From Fibrobacter succinogenes (GTDB lineage: Bacteria > Fibrobacterota > Fibrobacteria > Fibrobacterales > Fibrobacteraceae): a stretch of 64,000 nt of DNA. Location: assembly GCA_902800815.1 (NCBI GenBank), contig CADCGB010000017.1, positions 46,520-110,519 on the forward strand, in the 5' to 3' direction. The notes below the pieces were generated by a model, which worked only from the letters and a program-made list of their open reading frames with translations, made no database searches and was not told where the DNA came from. Position 1 is the stretch's first letter. Every line of letters starts with the position of its first letter. A program made the position numbers and the translations under genes. Of this stretch, positions 16,929-26,899 are shown in pieces.

Positions 16929-19070
16929 ATGGATAAGGCAAAATTCACACCTAACGAGGAGCACATCATTAAAGTGCTCCTGAAGAAGAATTCCAAGCTC
17001 GAGGAAGGAATTCTCCGTAAGGCTATTGCCTTTATCGCCGACGCCCATGACGGCCAGTACCGCAAGAGCGGCATGCCCTACACCGAGCACCCCTACGAGG
17101 TGGCCAAGATTCTCGCTGAACTCCAGCAGGACCAGGCAACCGTGCTCGCCGGCCTGTTGCACGACGTGGTAGAGGACACCCCGCACACGCTCGCCGAAAT
17201 CGCGACCGAATTCGGGGACGACACCGCATTCATGGTCGACGCCGTTACCAAGATTACCGCCGCCCAGGAACAGAACAAGGCGGCACAGAAGGCGGAAACC
17301 TACCGCAAGCTGATTATAGCGATGGCAAAGGACCCGCGGGTCATCATGATCAAGATCGCGGACCGCATCCACAACATGCGTACCATGCGGTACATGAAGC
17401 CCGAAAAACGCAAGTCCATCGCCCAGGAAACGCTCGACATATACGTGCCCCTCACCCACAGGTTCGGCCTTTACAAGCTCAAGACCGAACTCGAGGACCT
17501 GAGTTTCAAGTACGTAAACCCGGACGAATACCAGAAAATCGTCGACGCGCTTATCGAGAACAAGGAAAAGCGCGAAAAGTACGTGCAGTCCGTAATTGGC
17601 CCGCTACAAATCAAGATGGCGCTCGAGGACTTCGACTGCACCATCCAGGGCCGCACCAAGAACATCTACAGCATCTACAACAAGATGATCAGTCGCGATT
17701 GCCAGTTCGAGGACATCTTCGACATATTCGCGATACGCATTATCGTAGAGACCATTCCCGAATGCTACCTCGCGCTTGGCTACGTCCACAACCTGTGGAC
17801 CCCGATGCAGAGCCGCTTCAAGGACTACATCGCGACCCCGAAGCCAAACCTGTACCAGAGCATCCACACCACCGTGATCGGCCCCGAGAACAAGATGGTG
17901 GAAGTCCAGATCCGCACGAAGGACATGGACCTGACCGCCGAGAAGGGATTCGCCGCGCACTGGGCCTACAAGATGGAAACCCAGCACGAGGGCGAGGAAC
18001 TTGCGTGGCTCAACCACATGGTAAAGCTCCAGTCCGAGATTTCAGACTCCAAGGAGTACCTCGACTTCTTGAAGGTGGACCTGAAGCCCGAAGGCATGAC
18101 GGTGTTCACCCCGAAGGGGGCCTCCATTGAACTGCCGGAAGGATCCACGGTGCTCGACTTCGCATTTGCCATCCATACGGAACTGGGCCTGCACTGCATC
18201 GGTGCCCGCATCAACGAGGAAGTCGTGAGCCTCGACCACGTGGTGACGCACGGGGCGACCATCCAGGTGCTCAAGAGCCCGAGCCAGGAACCGAGCCCCG
18301 AGTGGCTCGACATCGTAAAGACGGTCAAGGCCAAGCAGGAACTGCGCCGGTGGATGAAGACCAGCATTATACAGCAGTCACGTAGCCTCGGCAAGGAAAT
18401 CTGGACTCGCGAACTCAGGCTTGCGAAGGTCGAGAAGGACAAGCGCCCCGGCGAAGAAGAAATCCGCAGGTACTTTGGCACCCTCTCGATGGACGACTTC
18501 TACGAGCGTATTGGCCAGGGCGAACTGCCCCTGCAGGACATCCACAGGTTCATTACGGGCGGAAGTTCGCTCCCCAAGGAAATGGCGCTCCGGTTCTTCC
18601 CCACCTTCGGGAAAGACAAGAAGAGCGACGTGCGCGACGAGATGCCCCTGCAGATTGGCCAGGAGACGAGTCTCGTGATACACTTCGCGGACTGCTGCGC
18701 GCCCCTCCCGGGCGACGAGATTGTGGGCGTTCTCCGCCCGCAGATCGGTATTGAGGTCCACAACAAGAACTGCAGTTGCCTCAAGAACCTCCCGGTAGAA
18801 CAGCAGATTGCGGTCGCCTGGAGCGCCGAGGTCAGCAAGCCGTTCATGACCCACCTCACCATCGATACCGACAACCGCAAGAACATCACGCTCGACATCC
18901 TCGAGCAACTCAAGGGTTCCGACGTGTCGCTCGACCGCATGAGTGTCGCAAGCAAGCAGTCCACTGGCCGCATCCGCATGGAATTCAAGGCGTTCCGCAA
19001 GGAGCAGGTGGACGCCATCATCACGAAGATTAAACAGATTTCGGGAGTACGGGAGGTTTCGAAGGCATGA
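16929..19070 (+). CDS. relA: Bifunctional (p)ppGpp synthetase/hydrolase (long RSH)
   Basis: HD hydrolase (EHPYEVA, LLHDVVED), RFKDYIATPKPNLYQSIHT, TGS (FTPKG...DFAFAIHT), C-terminal ACT. Confidence 0.95.
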   Translation: MDKAKFTPNEEHIIKVLLKKNSKLEEGILRKAIAFIADAHDGQYRKSGMPYTEHPYEVAKILAELQQDQATVLAGLLHDVVEDTPHTLAEIATEFGDDTAFMVDAVTKITAAQEQNKAAQKAETYRKLIIAMAKDPRVIMIKIADRIHNMRTMRYMKPEKRKSIAQETLDIYVPLTHRFGLYKLKTELEDLSFKYVNPDEYQKIVDALIENKEKREKYVQSVIGPLQIKMALEDFDCTIQGRTKNIYSIYNKMISRDCQFEDIFDIFAIRIIVETIPECYLALGYVHNLWTPMQSRFKDYIATPKPNLYQSIHTTVIGPENKMVEVQIRTKDMDLTAEKGFAAHWAYKMETQHEGEELAWLNHMVKLQSEISDSKEYLDFLKVDLKPEGMTVFTPKGASIELPEGSTVLDFAFAIHTELGLHCIGARINEEVVSLDHVVTHGATIQVLKSPSQEPSPEWLDIVKTVKAKQELRRWMKTSIIQQSRSLGKEIWTRELRLAKVEKDKRPGEEEIRRYFGTLSMDDFYERIGQGELPLQDIHRFITGGSSLPKEMALRFFPTFGKDKKSDVRDEMPLQIGQETSLVIHFADCCAPLPGDEIVGVLRPQIGIEVHNKNCSCLKNLPVEQQIAVAWSAEVSKPFMTHLTIDTDNRKNITLDILEQLKGSDVSLDRMSVASKQSTGRIRMEFKAFRKEQVDAIITKIKQISGVREVSKA

Positions 19071-19657
19071 TTACTCCGCTCCACCATAGCGACTACACGC
19101 TCAAGAACCGCGCGTTCAACTGCCGCATGCGCAACCGCTACTACGAGGAAGTCTACTACGCCTTCAGGGCGATTCTCCCTACGGACCGTAACGGGAACAT
19201 CGACGGTTCTGCCATGGACCTCCCCTGGTTCAATAACCTCAAGCAAGAAATCAAGAGGCTCGACCGCCTGCTCATGACATGCCTCGAGTATTCACAGGCA
19301 GCGGTATTCTACGGGAAGGCCGATATCGCCACGCTCTACTCCAAGGACAAGCGCTGGGGTATCTTGCAGGAGGAAATCTTCCTCGTGCACTTCTTGCAGG
19401 AACTGCTTTCCACCACCCGCTACATTATCGCGCGTATCGAGACCGACCAGATGCTGCAGCAGTGGAGCGGCTCAATGCAGGACATGAAGGCGAAGCCCAT
19501 GAATTCCGGCTTCGTAAGTTCCATCCAGGAAAAACTCGTCGCCATGAACAATGCGACTATCGAGGAATTCAAGGACTTGTTCAAGCACATCACCGATAGG
19601 TTCCAGATAGGCAATACGCTGTTCGGGACCGTACAGGAACTCCAGAACTTCTATTAA
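19067..19657 (+). CDS. Hypothetical helical protein coupled to relA/spoT
   Basis: ATGA overlap with the relA stop; codon usage like its neighbours; ends 5 bp before nuoA. Confidence 0.75.
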   Translation: MITPLHHSDYTLKNRAFNCRMRNRYYEEVYYAFRAILPTDRNGNIDGSAMDLPWFNNLKQEIKRLDRLLMTCLEYSQAAVFYGKADIATLYSKDKRWGILQEEIFLVHFLQELLSTTRYIIARIETDQMLQQWSGSMQDMKAKPMNSGFVSSIQEKLVAMNNATIEEFKDLFKHITDRFQIGNTLFGTVQELQNFY

Positions 19658-19662
19658 TAATT

Positions 19663-20043
19663 ATGTCTGAATATATCATCCTATCAATCTTCCTTTTCCT
19701 GGGCGCGTTTATCGCGGCAGCGGCTACCGTCACGGGCTTACTGCTCGGCTACCGCACCCGGAACACCAAGAACAAGATGGCCCCGTACGAATGCGGCATG
19801 GAGACCATCGGTAACGCACGTATCCAGTTCAAGGTGGGCTACTACCTCTTCGCGCTCCTGTTCCTCGTGTTCGACATCGAAGCGCTCTTCCTTTTCCCCG
19901 TCATGATGAACTTCAAGGAAATCATGGCTGGGCACACGGCACTCTCGCCTATCGTCGTTGTTATTGACCTCGTGATATTTATGGCTATCCTTGTATCTGG
20001 CCTCGCATACGCCTGGAAAAAAGGAATTCTCAAATGGGAATAA
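19663..20043 (+). CDS. nuoA: NADH-quinone oxidoreductase subunit A
   Basis: [36 protein letters not shown]. Confidence 0.95.
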   Translation: MSEYIILSIFLFLGAFIAAAATVTGLLLGYRTRNTKNKMAPYECGMETIGNARIQFKVGYYLFALLFLVFDIEALFLFPVMMNFKEIMAGHTALSPIVVVIDLVIFMAILVSGLAYAWKKGILKWE

Positions 20044-21293
20044 TCAATTACGCACCCAAGATCCTGGACCCGATTCCCGGCGGCAAGTACGTCGTGAACG
20101 CTATAGACTATGTAGTGAACTGGGCCCGCGCCAACTCCATCTGGCCCCTCACCTACGGCACCAGCTGTTGCGCCATCGAAATGATGTCGAGTTCCATGGC
20201 CCGCTACGATATTGCACGCTTTGGTAGTGAAGTGTTCCGCTCGTCCCCAAGACAGGCGGACCTTTTCATTCTGGCGGGAACCATCACGCACCGCATGGCA
20301 CCTGCCATCCAGATGCTCTGGGAACAGATTCCCGGACCCAAGTACGTGATTGCGATGGGAGCCTGTACCATCAGCGGCGGCCCGTTTATCTATGACAACT
20401 ACTCGGTAGTTCGCGGTGCACAGAACCTGATTCCGGTCGACGTGTACGTGCCCGGTTGCCCGCCGCGCCCCGAAGCGCTGTTCCACGGGCTCTTGACATT
20501 GCGCGAAAAAATTTTGAAGGAAACCTGCCGCCACCCGTGGCATGTAGGCAGGCCGAAGGATGTTTCTACCATGGACCGCTACCGCGAGGCGGCAAAGACG
20601 TGGGCTGCCCTCGAAGAGATGAAGGACGAGGAGATGGCCGAAGCCCGCGCGAAGTTCAAGGAAGAACACCCGGACTACAAGAGCACCTTCAAGCCCATCC
20701 GCGTGAAGAAGGAAGACTTCCCCGAGGTGCCCCGCGTGCCGTTCAAGCGACTCGGGCTTACGCAGTCCGAACTGTTCGCGAAACTGCGCGAGAAGTTCCC
20801 CGCAGTGACGGTCCACACCCATAGCGAGGACCCCATCGAGGACGTGGTGGCGGCAATGCCCGCAGACCGCCCGCTCGAGGTGATGGTGAATCCCGAAGAC
20901 TACCTCCCGATTGTGGAATACGTGAAGAACAGTCCCGACTTCAAGATGGACTACCTCATCGACGTGACCGCCATCGACTACGACGACCACTTTGACCTGG
21001 TGACGATGCTCCGGAGTATCGATATCGGGCACAAGCTGTTCCTTTGCGTTCAGCTGAAAAAGGACTTCAGCATTCCCGAAGAAAAACGCGCAACATCGCT
21101 TTTGGCAAGCATCGGAACGATAAGCAACCTCTACCCCGCCGCGGAATTCAAGGAACGCGAAGTGTACGACATGTTCGGCATCAACTTCGAGGGCCACCCC
21201 GACCAGCGGCGCATATTCCTCGACAAGGACTTCGTGGGCTACCCGCTCCGCAAGGACTTTACTCACCCGCAAATGATCAGGAGGCCCGTATAA
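20034..21293 (+). CDS. nuoB: Fused NADH-quinone oxidoreductase subunits B and C
   Basis: NuoB motifs [21 protein letters not shown] in frame with NuoC motifs DVTAIDY and [17 protein letters not shown]...GYPLRKDF. Confidence 0.92.
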   Translation: MGIINYAPKILDPIPGGKYVVNAIDYVVNWARANSIWPLTYGTSCCAIEMMSSSMARYDIARFGSEVFRSSPRQADLFILAGTITHRMAPAIQMLWEQIPGPKYVIAMGACTISGGPFIYDNYSVVRGAQNLIPVDVYVPGCPPRPEALFHGLLTLREKILKETCRHPWHVGRPKDVSTMDRYREAAKTWAALEEMKDEEMAEARAKFKEEHPDYKSTFKPIRVKKEDFPEVPRVPFKRLGLTQSELFAKLREKFPAVTVHTHSEDPIEDVVAAMPADRPLEVMVNPEDYLPIVEYVKNSPDFKMDYLIDVTAIDYDDHFDLVTMLRSIDIGHKLFLCVQLKKDFSIPEEKRATSLLASIGTISNLYPAAEFKEREVYDMFGINFEGHPDQRRIFLDKDFVGYPLRKDFTHPQMIRRPV

Positions 21294-22429
21294 TGCCTAC
21301 ACTGCCTCCAGGATTCCGCATCCAGCGCGAAACCAATACCGAAGAATTTTTCATCAACATGGGTCCGCAGCACCCGAGTACGCACGGCGCGCTGCGCCTA
21401 GCGCTGCGCATGGACGGCGAGACCATCGTGGAAGTCGTACCGCACTTCGGCTACATCCACCGCGGCATGGAAAAGCAGGCGGAATCAATGAGTTACCTGC
21501 AGTACATCGCGCTTAGCGACCGTCAGGACTACCTCACCGCCATCCAGAACAACCTGGGCGTGGTCATCGCTCTTGAAAAGGGCATGAACGTGGGTGTACC
21601 CGAGAAGGGCGAATACATCCGCGTGATGCTCCAGGAACTGGGCCGCATTGCAAGCCACCTGGTGTTCTTCGGCTGCTTCGGCGGCGACTTGGGCGGGCAA
21701 ACCTGCCTTCTGTTCGGGTTCAAGGAACGCGAGATGATCCACGACATTCTGGAAGAGGTCACCGGCTCGCGCCTTACCACGAACTTCTTCAGACCGGGTG
21801 GAAGCCGCTACGACGTGCCCGAGACGTTTATCCCGCGCGTGAAGGCGTTCCTCGACCACCTGGAAGATTCCATGAGGGACTACGAGAGGTTCCTCTCCAA
21901 GAACATCATCGTGCTCGAGAGAAGCATCGGCATCGGCGTTCTCAGCAAGGAAGACGCGATTGCATACGGATGCTCGGGCCCGGTTCTGCGTGCGAGCGGC
22001 GTTAACTTTGACGTGCGTCGCGTGAACCCGTATAGTATATACGACCAGTTCGACTTCGATATTCCCGTATTCCATAACGGCGACTGCTATGACCGTTACA
22101 AGATACGCATCGCCGAGATTCACGAATCCATGAAGATTCTGCGGCAGTGTGTAGAGAAGTTCCCGAAGGAAGGGCCCTGGCGCAGCAAGGAAAAGCCGGT
22201 GCGACTCCCCGAGGGCCGTTACTACAGTGAAATCGAGACGGCGAAGGGCCTGTATGCCACATACGTGGTGGCGGCAACGACCGGCGAGAAGCCCTACCGT
22301 ATCCACACGCGCGGACCGAGCTTCCCGCACATTGCAGCACTCAACAAGATGGCACAGGGCCACAAGATTTCGGACCTCGTGACCATCATGGCCACCCTCG
22401 ACCCCGTGATCCCGGAAATTGACAGGTAG
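21293..22429 (+). CDS. nuoD: NADH-quinone oxidoreductase subunit D
   Basis: NMGPQHPSTHGALRL, GYIHRGMEK, ELGRIASHL, TLDPVIPEIDR; ATG overlaps the previous TAA. Confidence 0.95.
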   Translation: MPTLPPGFRIQRETNTEEFFINMGPQHPSTHGALRLALRMDGETIVEVVPHFGYIHRGMEKQAESMSYLQYIALSDRQDYLTAIQNNLGVVIALEKGMNVGVPEKGEYIRVMLQELGRIASHLVFFGCFGGDLGGQTCLLFGFKEREMIHDILEEVTGSRLTTNFFRPGGSRYDVPETFIPRVKAFLDHLEDSMRDYERFLSKNIIVLERSIGIGVLSKEDAIAYGCSGPVLRASGVNFDVRRVNPYSIYDQFDFDIPVFHNGDCYDRYKIRIAEIHESMKILRQCVEKFPKEGPWRSKEKPVRLPEGRYYSEIETAKGLYATYVVAATTGEKPYRIHTRGPSFPHIAALNKMAQGHKISDLVTIMATLDPVIPEIDR

Positions 22430-22432
22430 CTT

Positions 22433-23554
22433 ATGTTTGTTCCCTCAGTTACACACCCCATTGGCGATTTTGTACGCGATTTGGTCCCGCGGGTAGCGGA
22501 ATTTTTGCCGACGAGCCTCCAGAGCGAGACGCTCAACAGCATATCGGCATTCCTCATCAACGCGATTATCTGCGTCGTTGCCGTCTGTGCCGTGAACATC
22601 GGGTCTGCCCCGATTCTCATCTACATGGAACGCAAGGTATGTGCCCATATCCAGTGCAGGCTTGGCCCCATGCGCCTCGGCTGGCACGGCACCATCCAGA
22701 CCGTCGCCGACGTTATCAAGATGCTCTTCAAGGAAGTGTACGCCCCGAGCGGCGCGGACAAGTTGATGTTCTACCTCGCCCCGCTCATCGTGCTTATCGC
22801 CCCCTTTATCGTATGCGCGCTTATCCCGTTCGGACGCAATCTCGTTGTTGCCGACGTTTCGATGGGAATCCCGCTCATTATCGCAGTGAACGGCTTTGGC
22901 GTGCTGGGCATCTTGCTTGGCGGCTGGAGCAGCAACAACAAGTATTCCCTGCTCGGTGCACTCCGTAGCGGCGCGCAGATGATCAGTTACGAAATCTCGT
23001 TCGCGATGATCCTCCTGTTCGTCGTGATGATTTCGGGTTCCACGAACCTGATGAGCATCACCCTCGGGCAAGAGGGAACCATATTCGACTGGTGGATATT
23101 CAAGATTCCCGTACTCGGGATTATCGCATTCATCCTGTTCTTTATTTCCTCTACCGCCGAAATGAACCGCGCGCCCTTCGACATCGCCGAAGCCGAGCAG
23201 GAACTTACGGGTGGCTACCATACGGAATATAACGGCACGCCGTTCGCCATGTTCTACCTGGCCGAATACATCGCGCTCGTCACGAACTCGGCGCTTGCCA
23301 CCACGTGCTTCCTCGGCGGGTTCCTGCCGCCCTGCATCGGTATCGCGTTCGTGGACAACTACCTCAACATGGTGCCGGGAGTCGTGTGGTTCTTCGCGAA
23401 GGTCTACTTCATGATCTGGTGCTACATGATGGTCCGCTGGACGTTCGTGCGCCCGCGTGTGGACCAGCTGATGGATTTTGAATGGAAGTTCCTTTTACCC
23501 GTTAACCTCGTGCTGCTCGTTGCAGGAGCCGCGTACATCGCGATTGGAGGGTAA
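22433..23554 (+). CDS. nuoH: NADH-quinone oxidoreductase subunit H
   Basis: ERKVCAHIQCRLGP, GWSSNNKYSLLGALR, AEMNRAPFDIAEAEQEL. Confidence 0.95.
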   Translation: MFVPSVTHPIGDFVRDLVPRVAEFLPTSLQSETLNSISAFLINAIICVVAVCAVNIGSAPILIYMERKVCAHIQCRLGPMRLGWHGTIQTVADVIKMLFKEVYAPSGADKLMFYLAPLIVLIAPFIVCALIPFGRNLVVADVSMGIPLIIAVNGFGVLGILLGGWSSNNKYSLLGALRSGAQMISYEISFAMILLFVVMISGSTNLMSITLGQEGTIFDWWIFKIPVLGIIAFILFFISSTAEMNRAPFDIAEAEQELTGGYHTEYNGTPFAMFYLAEYIALVTNSALATTCFLGGFLPPCIGIAFVDNYLNMVPGVVWFFAKVYFMIWCYMMVRWTFVRPRVDQLMDFEWKFLLPVNLVLLVAGAAYIAIGG

Positions 23555-23557
23555 AAC

Positions 23558-24031
23558 ATGCAAGAGAATATTACTTTACTCCAGTATTTCAAGCGCTACC
23601 TAAAGCGTTGCATTACCGGGCCGTGGAGCCTGATGTGCGGCCTATCCGTATCGCTCAAGTATTTCTTTGACCCGCGACGCATCGTCACGGAACAATACCC
23701 CGAGAACCGCAAGACCCTCAAGATGCACCCGCGCTACCGCGGACGCCTCGAGATGATCGAGGATGCGGAAGGCAATAACCACTGCACCGCTTGCGGCATG
23801 TGCGAACGCGCCTGCCCGAACGCATCTATCAACGTGCTCGCCACCAAGAACATTGCTGGCAAGAAGGTGCTCGGACGCTACGTGTACCACTTTGCGAGTT
23901 GCACCCAGTGCGGGCTCTGCGTAGAGGCGTGCCCGTTCGGTGCCATCCGCATGAACCAGGAATTCGAGGTGGCGACAACCGACCCGAATACGCTCGAAAT
24001 GATATTGAACAAGAAGGAGGGACAAGGCTAA
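23558..24031 (+). CDS. nuoI: NADH-quinone oxidoreductase subunit I
   Basis: TEQYPE; CTACGMCERACP and CTQCGLCVEACP. Confidence 0.95.
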   Translation: MQENITLLQYFKRYLKRCITGPWSLMCGLSVSLKYFFDPRRIVTEQYPENRKTLKMHPRYRGRLEMIEDAEGNNHCTACGMCERACPNASINVLATKNIAGKKVLGRYVYHFASCTQCGLCVEACPFGAIRMNQEFEVATTDPNTLEMILNKKEGQG

Positions 24032-24639
24032 TGTTCCCGAACCTGTCTATTCCGGGGCTCCAGATGCCCGACCTGCCGTTTGCATTCCCGATGGGAGGCA
24101 TGGACCTCGCGTTCTACGCCGTCGCCATCGTGATGCTTATAACCGCAGTCTTTACGGTCGCCGTCAAGAATATATTGCAGAGCGCCGTGTTCCTGATTTT
24201 CAGCTTTGTGGCTACCGCAATCCTCTACATGCTCCTGCACGCCGAATTCATCGCGCTTGCGCAGGTGATGGTGTATGTGGGTGGCGTCGTCATCTTTGTG
24301 GTATTTACAATCCTCCTCACGAGCCGCCTGGGCGAAGATGCCTTCACGACAAAGATTCCGCGCGTGTTTGCCGCATTCGCGCTATCTATCGCGTTCGTGT
24401 TCGTGATGGTCAAGTGCATCTTGCCCACACCCGAGATTGCATCGGGTACCGTGAGTGCCGCAACCGACTATTCCTCGCTCGAGAACATCTCGTTGCGCCT
24501 GCTTGGCTATGACGTGAGCGGGTTCATCATCCCGTTCGAGGTGGTGAGCGTGCTCCTGCTGATGACGCTTATCTGCGCCATCACGGTCGCCCGCAGGAGC
24601 AAGGACGAGATGGAGCCCAATCCCAAGGAGGTCAAGTAA
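24031..24639 (+). CDS. nuoJ: NADH-quinone oxidoreductase subunit J
   Basis: AEFIALAQVMVYVGGVVIF, IPFEVVSVLLL; ATG overlaps the nuoI stop. Confidence 0.93.
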   Translation: MFPNLSIPGLQMPDLPFAFPMGGMDLAFYAVAIVMLITAVFTVAVKNILQSAVFLIFSFVATAILYMLLHAEFIALAQVMVYVGGVVIFVVFTILLTSRLGEDAFTTKIPRVFAAFALSIAFVFVMVKCILPTPEIASGTVSAATDYSSLENISLRLLGYDVSGFIIPFEVVSVLLLMTLICAITVARRSKDEMEPNPKEVK

Positions 24640-24944
24640 TGAACCTTCTTAACTGCCTTGTCCTCGCGTTCTTGCTGTTCGGTATCGGCGTCTGGGGCCT
24701 CATGCGCAGGCGTCACCTTATCGGCATGCTCATTTCCATCGAGCTCATGCTGAACGCCGCGAACATCAACTTTATCAGTTTCGCCTACTTTACCGCACAC
24801 GACGCTACCGCCGGTGCGCTATTCAGCATATTCGTCATCGCCGTCACGGCCTGCGAAATGGCAATCGCCCTTGCCATTATCGTTACCATGTACCGCCGTC
24901 ACAAGAGCCTTGACGCCGACCAGTTGAGGGACCTCCATGATTAA
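24639..24944 (+). CDS. nuoK: NADH-quinone oxidoreductase subunit K
   Basis: LISIELMLNAANINF, AVTACEMAIALAI. Confidence 0.95.
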   Translation: MNLLNCLVLAFLLFGIGVWGLMRRRHLIGMLISIELMLNAANINFISFAYFTAHDATAGALFSIFVIAVTACEMAIALAIIVTMYRRHKSLDADQLRDLHD

Positions 24945-26892
24945 CGATACTACCCTTGGCTACCTCATTCTAATACTGCCGTTCCTGACGTTTGCCATAA
25001 ACGGGCTCTTCCTCGGCAACAAGAATGCAAAGGCCGCTGCCGGCCTCGCCGTGACATTCAACGGGCTCGCGTTTGCCTCGGCGGCAATGGTCGCGTTCCA
25101 CTATTTCACCTCGGTTGTCGCCCCGCAGAAGGTCGTGCTTTTCGACCACTCCTTCATTCCGTTCGCAGGCGAACTTGTCGCACGCATCGGGATGCTCATC
25201 GACCCGCTCTCGGTCATGATGCTCGTGGTGGTAACCTTCATCAGCTTCATGGTGAACATCTACAGCATCGGCTACATGCGCGAGGACCGCGCGATGGGCA
25301 GATTCTTTGCCTTGCTCTCGCTGTTCAGTTTCAGCATGCTCGGGCTCGTCGTCGCGACAAACCTTTTCCAGATGTTCATCTTCTGGGAACTGGTGGGTGT
25401 TTCCAGTTACCTGCTTATCGGTTTCTGGTACCACAAGCCCTCCGCGGTGAGTGCATCCAAGCAGGCGTTCATCCTCACGCGTTTCGCCGACAGTTTCTTC
25501 CTGCTCGGCATCGTGCTCGTGAGCTACGTGGTCGGGAGTTTCGACTTCACGACCATCAATTCGCTTACGATGTTCCCGTTCCGCAACGAGACCATAGACA
25601 TGGGCATCTGCGTCATGAGCAAGTCCAGCGCGCTTATCCTCGGGTCTATCCTCATATTCACCGGCGGCTGGGGCAAATCCGCCATGTTCCCGATGCATAT
25701 CTGGCTCCCGAACGCGATGGAAGGCCCCACTCCGGTCAGCTCCATCATCCACAGCGCAACGATGGTGGTCGCCGGCGTGTACCTGGTCGCTCGCCTCTTC
25801 CCGTTCTTCGCCGTGTGTGGCGATTCCCTCACGCTCATCATGTGGGTGGGTGCATTCACGATGGTGTTCGCCGCCGTCATCGCCTGCACGCAGAAAGATA
25901 TCAAGCGAATCCTCGCCTACTCCACGCTCTCGCAGCTCGGGTACATGATGTTCGCGCTCGGTGCCTGCAAGATTGGCCAGGCAATTATCACTACGGGCTG
26001 GACGGCAAGCACGTTCCATATCTTCACGCACGCCTTCTTCAAGTGCAGTCTCTTCCTTATCGCGGGTAGCCTCATCCATCAGGTGCATACGAACGACCTC
26101 GACGCGATGGGCGGGCTCCGCAAGAAGATGCCCCTCACCTACGCCTGCGCGCTCATCTCGATTTTCGCGATTTCGGGTATCCCGCCGTTCTCCGGCTTCT
26201 TCTCGAAGGACGAAATCATACTCGCCGCGTTCCAGGGCCAGCACTACGCGGTATTCGCGCTCGCCCTCCTTACGAGCGGGCTCACCACGTTCTACATGTT
26301 CCGTCTGTTCTTCCTCGCATTCCACGGGGAACCGCGCCATGAGGGCGTCAAGGCGGGCCACGTGCACGAAGATTTCTTCATGACCCTCCCGGTCGTGATT
26401 CTCGCCATCCCGGCACTCCTCTCGGGTATCCTCGGGAAGGGGCTGTTCGAGCACTTCTTTACCCCCGGCAAGCTGCACGTACCGACCATGCTCAAGTTGG
26501 CCCACGCAGAATGGATTCCGTTTGTCGCCATCGGCGTTGCGGTACTGGCCCTGCTTATCGCGTGGTTCCTGTACGCAAGCCCGAAGGCAAAGATCCAGCG
26601 CGCTCTGGACGACACGAACCGCTGCGGCATATACAAGATTATCTACCACAAGTTCTACTTCGACGAGATGTACTACACCGTCGTCCGCCAGTTTATTTTC
26701 GGCGGTGTCGCCCGCGTATCACGCGCATTCAACGACTACGTGATCGAGGGCCTGCTCGCGTTCAGCATCTGGTTCATCCACAAGCTGGGCGACCTTGTAC
26801 GTACGGCACAGGCGGGCTACCTGCCCTTCTATCTCGGGACGCTTATCGTAGGCGTCCTCATCTGGCGATTCTTCGGACAACTTCCCCTGTAG
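24937..26892 (+). CDS. nuoL: NADH-quinone oxidoreductase subunit L
   Basis: FWELVGVSSYLLIGFWY, KSAMFPMHIWLPNAMEGPTPVS, HAFFKCSLFL. Confidence 0.95.
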   Translation: MINDTTLGYLILILPFLTFAINGLFLGNKNAKAAAGLAVTFNGLAFASAAMVAFHYFTSVVAPQKVVLFDHSFIPFAGELVARIGMLIDPLSVMMLVVVTFISFMVNIYSIGYMREDRAMGRFFALLSLFSFSMLGLVVATNLFQMFIFWELVGVSSYLLIGFWYHKPSAVSASKQAFILTRFADSFFLLGIVLVSYVVGSFDFTTINSLTMFPFRNETIDMGICVMSKSSALILGSILIFTGGWGKSAMFPMHIWLPNAMEGPTPVSSIIHSATMVVAGVYLVARLFPFFAVCGDSLTLIMWVGAFTMVFAAVIACTQKDIKRILAYSTLSQLGYMMFALGACKIGQAIITTGWTASTFHIFTHAFFKCSLFLIAGSLIHQVHTNDLDAMGGLRKKMPLTYACALISIFAISGIPPFSGFFSKDEIILAAFQGQHYAVFALALLTSGLTTFYMFRLFFLAFHGEPRHEGVKAGHVHEDFFMTLPVVILAIPALLSGILGKGLFEHFFTPGKLHVPTMLKLAHAEWIPFVAIGVAVLALLIAWFLYASPKAKIQRALDDTNRCGIYKIIYHKFYFDEMYYTVVRQFIFGGVARVSRAFNDYVIEGLLAFSIWFIHKLGDLVRTAQAGYLPFYLGTLIVGVLIWRFFGQLPL

Positions 26893-26899
26893 GCGCAAT

